11,727 nt of DNA from Myxococcota bacterium (lineage in GTDB: Bacteria > Myxococcota_A > UBA796 > GCA-2862545): contig JBCCQY010000226.1 of the NCBI GenBank assembly GCA_039208735.1, forward strand, positions 1 through 11,727. Direction: 5' to 3'. Position numbers and translations under genes: made by a program. Of the stretch, positions 7,923 through 11,727 are shown piece by piece. The number at the start of each line of letters is the position of its first letter. The stretch's first letter is position 1. Under the pieces are notes generated by a model. It was not told where the DNA came from, did no database searches, and saw only the letters and a list, made by a program, of their open reading frames with translations.

Positions 7923-7982
7923 CTTAGCACGACGGATGGCTCCAAGCGTCCTTCCGTCTCGGTGACGCGACCGTGCTAAGTT
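7923..7982. promoter_or_regulatory. Inverted repeat in the divergent CBS/ALDH control region; possible back-to-back extended -10 elements or an operator
   Basis: Perfect 9-bp inverted repeat CTTAGCACG (7923-7931) / CGTGCTAAG (7972-7980) with a 40-bp spacer. TGcTAAGTT (7974-7982) resembles an extended -10 for the + strand gene. Confidence 0.45.
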
Positions 7983-8007
7983 GACGTCCACGTGGGGTGG
8001 AGCCGAA

Positions 8008-9618
8008 TTGAGCGGCCAACGCGAACGACTGGTACGTCGGGGCGATTACATCTGGGGATCGTGGGTCAAGCCCGAGCGGGTCGACGGTTACATCGTCGGC
8101 GTGAACCCTGGGGATCGAACCGACGTTCTCGGCCGCTTCTCTTTTTCGGAAGCTTCCGTCGACGACGCTGTCGATTGTGCCCGTCGGGGCTCGATCTTCT
8201 GGCGCCGAGTGAGTCTCGATGATCGGGTGAAAGCGCTTCGGAAGTACCGCGATGTGCTGTCGAAGCGGCAGGAGCGGTTTGCGGAGTTGATCACTCGCGA
8301 GACGGGGAAGCCCAAGTGGGAAGCCCGGCAAGAGGTGATCGCGTCCATCCGGGCTGTCGATCTGCTGCTCGAAGAAGGGGTGACGCTGCTCGGGCCCCGG
8401 GTGCTCTCCGAGCGCGAAGCGCGCAGCGACTACCGCCCGCACGGGGTCGTCGCCATTCTCGTGCCCTACAACCTGCCGTTGCTCATCCCCACCCTGCACG
8501 TCGCCGCCTCGCTGCTCGCAGGCAACACGGTGGTGTTGAAGCCGTCCAAATTCACGCCTGGGGTGGGCCAGGCGCTCGGCGAAGCCCTCGACCGCTGCAA
8601 GCTGCCGCGCGGTGCCTTCAACCTCATCCAGGGGTCCGGCACCGGCATCGGACAGCGTCTGGCCACGCATCCCGGCATCGACGCCCTGCTTTTCAGCGGG
8701 TCATTCGCCACTGCGGTGCGACTGCGCGAGGCGAGTACCGAACGTCCAGAGTTGCCCACCTTCCTCCAGATGGGTGGAAAAGGGGCGGCCCTGGTGTTGG
8801 ATGGCTGCGATCTTCAGCGCGCCGTCTACGAAGTGTTGGTCGGGGCCTTTCTGACCGCGGGCCAGCGCAACAATTCGACGGGCCGGGTGATCGTTACCGA
8901 ATCCATCGCCGATGCATTCGTGGCTGAACTCAAGCGGCGGGCCCGTCGCGTTCAGGTCGGCTACGGCTTCGATCCTGACTGCTTCATGGGTCCTTTGATC
9001 AGCGAGAATTTCCGCACGCGGTACGGGCGGTACGGACGCGCGCTGACGGCACGAGGTCACGATGCCGTTCTCGAGTGCCAACATCGCGAGATCGAAGGTC
9101 GCAAAGGATTCTACGTCGAGCCTGCGATCTACGAGGTCGATTGGGCCAACGGACACGGATTCATCAACGATGAACCTCCCGGCCCGACGGTGCTGATCTA
9201 TCGGGTCCGCACCTGGGAAGAAGGGGTTGCCCTTCACAATCGGCTGTTCTATCGAGTCTCGACAAGCGTGTTTGCGCCACCGTCGCTGGACGACCTGCCC
9301 GAACTCGTGGGCCGGCTACGCACGGGGTCGATCAACCTCAATCGCGGCACGATCGGCGCCTCGCTGAGGCTACCCGCCGTCGGCCTGGGTCGATCGTCCA
9401 ATGGCCTTGCGGGCGGCATCGACCTGCTGCGATTCCTTTCGACGCCTCGCTCCACGCTCGTCGAGAATCGACCGTTTGATCCCGATCAGGTGGTGCCAGG
9501 CGTGAACTGGGGAGCCGAGATCGACCTGCCCACGCTGGTCGACACCTCGGGAGAGACCACCGAGACCGGTGATCGAACGGAGTCCACTACCGAGGCGATG
9601 TCGCGCGAGACGACGTAG
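8008..9618 (+). CDS. Aldehyde dehydrogenase-fold protein (AstD/succinylglutamate-semialdehyde dehydrogenase-like), probably catalytically inactive
   Basis: ALDH motifs ITRETGKPKWEA, RPHGVVAILVPYNLP, LLAGNTVVLKPS..TP, LP.G.FNLIQG, LLFSGS. However it reads LQMGGK instead of LEMGG(K/N), and AFLTAGQRNNST instead of GQRC. TTG 8008 preferred (GGAG at 7999-8002); the ORF track start is 7981. Confidence 0.9.
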   Translation: MSGQRERLVRRGDYIWGSWVKPERVDGYIVGVNPGDRTDVLGRFSFSEASVDDAVDCARRGSIFWRRVSLDDRVKALRKYRDVLSKRQERFAELITRETGKPKWEARQEVIASIRAVDLLLEEGVTLLGPRVLSEREARSDYRPHGVVAILVPYNLPLLIPTLHVAASLLAGNTVVLKPSKFTPGVGQALGEALDRCKLPRGAFNLIQGSGTGIGQRLATHPGIDALLFSGSFATAVRLREASTERPELPTFLQMGGKGAALVLDGCDLQRAVYEVLVGAFLTAGQRNNSTGRVIVTESIADAFVAELKRRARRVQVGYGFDPDCFMGPLISENFRTRYGRYGRALTARGHDAVLECQHREIEGRKGFYVEPAIYEVDWANGHGFINDEPPGPTVLIYRVRTWEEGVALHNRLFYRVSTSVFAPPSLDDLPELVGRLRTGSINLNRGTIGASLRLPAVGLGRSSNGLAGGIDLLRFLSTPRSTLVENRPFDPDQVVPGVNWGAEIDLPTLVDTSGETTETGDRTESTTEAMSRETT

Positions 9619-9687
9619 CCCTGCGATGTGACACCCTGGTGTGACGCCACGCCCTACAGTTGACGCCCTCCGGATCGATGGGGGCTC

Positions 9688-10632
9688 ATGCTTGAACGAC
9701 GGGGCCTGTCGAACGTGTCGGATGTCGCATCGGTGGCTTCGAGGCCACCCGAGATCGTGGGTGGCCGCTATCTGCTGGGCAAAGCCGTCGGGGCCGGAAG
9801 TTCGGGCACCGTCTACCTCGCGCGCGACCGTCAGAGTGGGGACCGCTTTGCCGTCAAGGTGCGGGAGGCGCAAGGCCGTGAACAGCCGGTGCGGTTCTTG
9901 GCCGAGGCTCGGGACATGGCCCGATTGCGGCACCCTCGCCTCGTGCCCGTGGTGGACAGTGGCAACGACGGAGACCTTTACTGGTTCGTGATGCCCTTCT
10001 TCGCCCGTGGCAGCCTTCGCGATCAGATCAAGCGCAATGGCCCCTTGTCTTCGGTGGAAGGGCTCGAATGCATCTTCCGCGTGCTCGAGGGACTCGATGC
10101 GGTCCACAAAGCGGGCCTTGTACACCGCGATGTGAAGCCCCACAACGTGCTCATCGACGATGATGGCGTGCCCGTCATCACCGACTTTGGGCTGGTGCGA
10201 CACCTGCACGGCGGCGTTCCGTACCGCACCCGCACCGACCAATCGATGGGCACGCCCAACTACCGGGCTCCGGAGCAGGCGGTCGACGCGGCCAACGTCG
10301 ATCATCGCGCCGATATCTACGGGGTCGGCGCAACCCTGTACTTCCTGCTCACGTCTCGTCGACCGGGCTTTTTGTACATGGTCGACGAACACGATCCCAC
10401 GATGGCCACCGTGGACCCCACGATCCGCCCCTTCATCTTGCGTTGCATGGCCTACGAGGCCGATGAACGCTACGCAAACGCACGTGATGCGGCCATCGCG
10501 GTCGAACAGCTCGCGTTCGACCTCGGCCCGCAGCGCGGTCGACCCGAACTGGGGCAGGGCTGGATGCGGCGGTTTGACCGAGGAGGTCGCCGCACGTGGT
10601 GGGAGCGCTTTGTGGCGTGGGTGCTTGGGTAG
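9688..10632 (+). CDS. Hanks-type (eukaryotic-like) Ser/Thr protein kinase, kinase domain only
   Basis: GAGSSGTVY, FAVK, RFLAEAR (alphaC Glu), HRDVKPHN, ITDFGL, MGTPNYRAPEQ, ADIYGVG and ERY are all intact. Exact start uncertain (ATG 9688 or GTG 9715). Confidence 0.95.
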   Translation: MLERRGLSNVSDVASVASRPPEIVGGRYLLGKAVGAGSSGTVYLARDRQSGDRFAVKVREAQGREQPVRFLAEARDMARLRHPRLVPVVDSGNDGDLYWFVMPFFARGSLRDQIKRNGPLSSVEGLECIFRVLEGLDAVHKAGLVHRDVKPHNVLIDDDGVPVITDFGLVRHLHGGVPYRTRTDQSMGTPNYRAPEQAVDAANVDHRADIYGVGATLYFLLTSRRPGFLYMVDEHDPTMATVDPTIRPFILRCMAYEADERYANARDAAIAVEQLAFDLGPQRGRPELGQGWMRRFDRGGRRTWWERFVAWVLG

Positions 10633-10633
10633 C

Positions 10634-11422
10634 CTACGGGCCCGAACTCACCACTTGGTACTGGTAGCCAATGAAGCGGTAGACCCCGTTCTTGACGCCA
10701 TCGGCCTGCGGGACGTCGGCGAGGAGGATCGGGATGTTGTCGCCGCCGGCGTCTACGACGAGCGTGCCGTCTGGCTCTGCCTCGAACGCAATCGTGGCGA
10801 TGGCTTCCACCCGCGAAAACGTCCACCGGTCGGACAGGCGAACCTCTCCGCCAATGATGCGTTCTTCTTCGATGGAGGAACTCGTAGCCCAACCGACGGC
10901 ATTGGCCGAAGGCCGTTCCACGAGAATGGCCCAGTCGACCTCGCTGCCATCCCGGTTCGTCGTGAGGAATTCAACAAGCGAACCGCTGTAGAACTCCCAG
11001 ATCCGCGAGTACTCGGGGTTTTCGCAGTTCGTGATCACCTGATCGAGGTCGACCAACAACGAAGCGCCCCAGAACTCGTCTTCGTCGAGGTAGGGCAGTC
11101 GCTGCGCCCCGATGCCCCGAATGGGCACGAGCACCTCGCACGAATTGCCATTTAAACCATCGTATTCGTCGTCACCTACGATGAACTGAATGGCGGAGGT
11201 GCTGTCGCCGCTGCTCTCGTTGAGCCAAGGCCCGGGCAATCCGGTGTCCTCATCCACCCGAAACACCGCGTTCACGCGAAGTCGCGTCTCCCGCAACGGT
11301 GGCAGGGGTTCCATCCCCGAATCGCCAAAGGTCGCAGTGGGGTTCCGAAACACGGGAGGCGGCCCTTCCTCTTCCGCACAACCAAGGAGGCCGAGGACGA
11401 GGCTCGAGGTCCAGACGAACAT
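10634..11422 (-). CDS. Acidic hypothetical lipoprotein
   Basis: MFVWTSSLVLGLLG-C gives lipobox LLGC. GGAG lies 5 nt upstream of ATG 11422; the alternative GTG 11440 overlaps the upstream stop. The mature region is D/E-rich with alternating hydrophobic, beta-strand-like segments. Confidence 0.8.
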   Translation of the reverse strand: MFVWTSSLVLGLLGCAEEEGPPPVFRNPTATFGDSGMEPLPPLRETRLRVNAVFRVDEDTGLPGPWLNESSGDSTSAIQFIVGDDEYDGLNGNSCEVLVPIRGIGAQRLPYLDEDEFWGASLLVDLDQVITNCENPEYSRIWEFYSGSLVEFLTTNRDGSEVDWAILVERPSANAVGWATSSSIEEERIIGGEVRLSDRWTFSRVEAIATIAFEAEPDGTLVVDAGGDNIPILLADVPQADGVKNGVYRFIGYQYQVVSSGP

Positions 11423-11436
11423 GGCGACTCCAGGAT

Positions 11437-11727
11437 TCACCGCGCGGCTTCCCGGCGAGGAAGTGGCGCGGGGGATGGCAGTTTCTCGGGATCGAGACGG
11501 ACGACAAACGTCGACCCTTGCCCACTCACGGAATGTACATCGAGCTCCCCACCATGCGCTTCGACAATTCGTCGACAGATGGGAAGCCCCAGACCCGTGC
11601 CACCTTGCTTCGTGGTGAAGAAGGGAACGAAGAGTTTTTCTCGGACATCGGCGTCAATACCTGCCCCAGTGTCCGAAACGGCGACCTCGATGGACGGCCC
11701 CGCCCGTCGCCCGATCTGACGGGTGCG
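11437..11727 (-). CDS. Sensor histidine kinase, C-terminal HATPase_c part (gene starts beyond the window)
   Basis: Not in the ORF track. Manual translation from 11727: RTRQIGRRAGPSIEVAVSDTGAGIDADVREKLFVPFFTTKQGGTGLGLPICRRIVEAHGGELDVHSVSGQGSTFVVRLDPEKLPSPAPLPRREAAR*. It contains the G1 (DTGAG), F (FVPFFTTK) and G2 (GTGLGL) boxes. TGA at 11439-11437. Confidence 0.95.
   Translation of the reverse strand, partial: RTRQIGRRAGPSIEVAVSDTGAGIDADVREKLFVPFFTTKQGGTGLGLPICRRIVEAHGGELDVHSVSGQGSTFVVRLDPEKLPSPAPLPRREAAR

Noticed and set aside
4332..7927. Long + strand ORFs 4332..5522, 4981..6603 and 6956..7927
   Set aside because: Antisense shadows of the motif-supported GT4, CGL and CBS genes. They are Arg/Pro/His-rich with no recognisable domains, as expected in high-GC DNA.
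7924..7979. CIRCE (HrcA operator)-like arms TTAGCAC...GTGCTAA
   Set aside because: Canonical CIRCE is TTAGCACTC-N9-GAGTGCTAA. Here only 7 of 9 bases per arm match, the spacer is about 40 bp, and no chaperone gene is adjacent.
7921..7982. Sigma-54 promoter suggested by the TGCT motifs
   Set aside because: GG-to-GC spacing is 12-13 nt on both strands, not the required 10.
8008..9618. Calling the ALDH a functional astD, or a pseudogene
   Set aside because: The catalytic Cys and Glu are absent and no other ast genes are adjacent, so astD is unsupported. The ORF is full-length with an RBS and no stops or frameshifts, so pseudogene is also unsupported.
11533..11727. Open + strand frame MYIELPTMRF... 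running off the window (and ORF 11190..11618)
   Set aside because: Antisense to a clear HATPase_c coding frame.
1..11727. CRISPR arrays, tRNA/rRNA, IS elements, integrases
   Set aside because: No regularly spaced DNA repeats, RNA-gene signatures or transposase/integrase motifs were seen, and intergenic gaps are all about 110 bp or less.

Overview
High-GC, gene-dense bacterial window whose gene content suggests Myxococcota or a similar lineage (inference). It holds 13 plausible CDSs. On the + strand: a 5'-truncated SnoaL-like gene coupled to an AraC/GyrI regulator, a 21-residue-repeat LRR protein with a DUF4274-like C-terminus, and yaaA. On the - strand: a small membrane protein, and a tight operon of cystathionine beta-synthase-like > cystathionine gamma-lyase/synthase > GT4 glycosyltransferase > mini-lipoprotein. 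Divergent from that operon are an AstD-like aldehyde dehydrogenase and a Hanks-type Ser/Thr kinase. At the right end are an acidic lipoprotein and the 3' end of a histidine kinase that the ORF track missed. The strongest signal is the ALDH: its ORF is intact, but it lacks both catalytic residues (Cys>Asn, Glu>Gln) and ends in a Thr-rich acidic tail just upstream of an intact-looking kinase. This is a candidate pseudoenzyme/kinase signalling module. The CBS-like protein has lost its TSGNT substrate loop, the GT4 lacks a conserved Glu, and the CBS/ALDH intergenic region contains nested inverted repeats. All family calls come from reading motifs by eye; no database searches were run.
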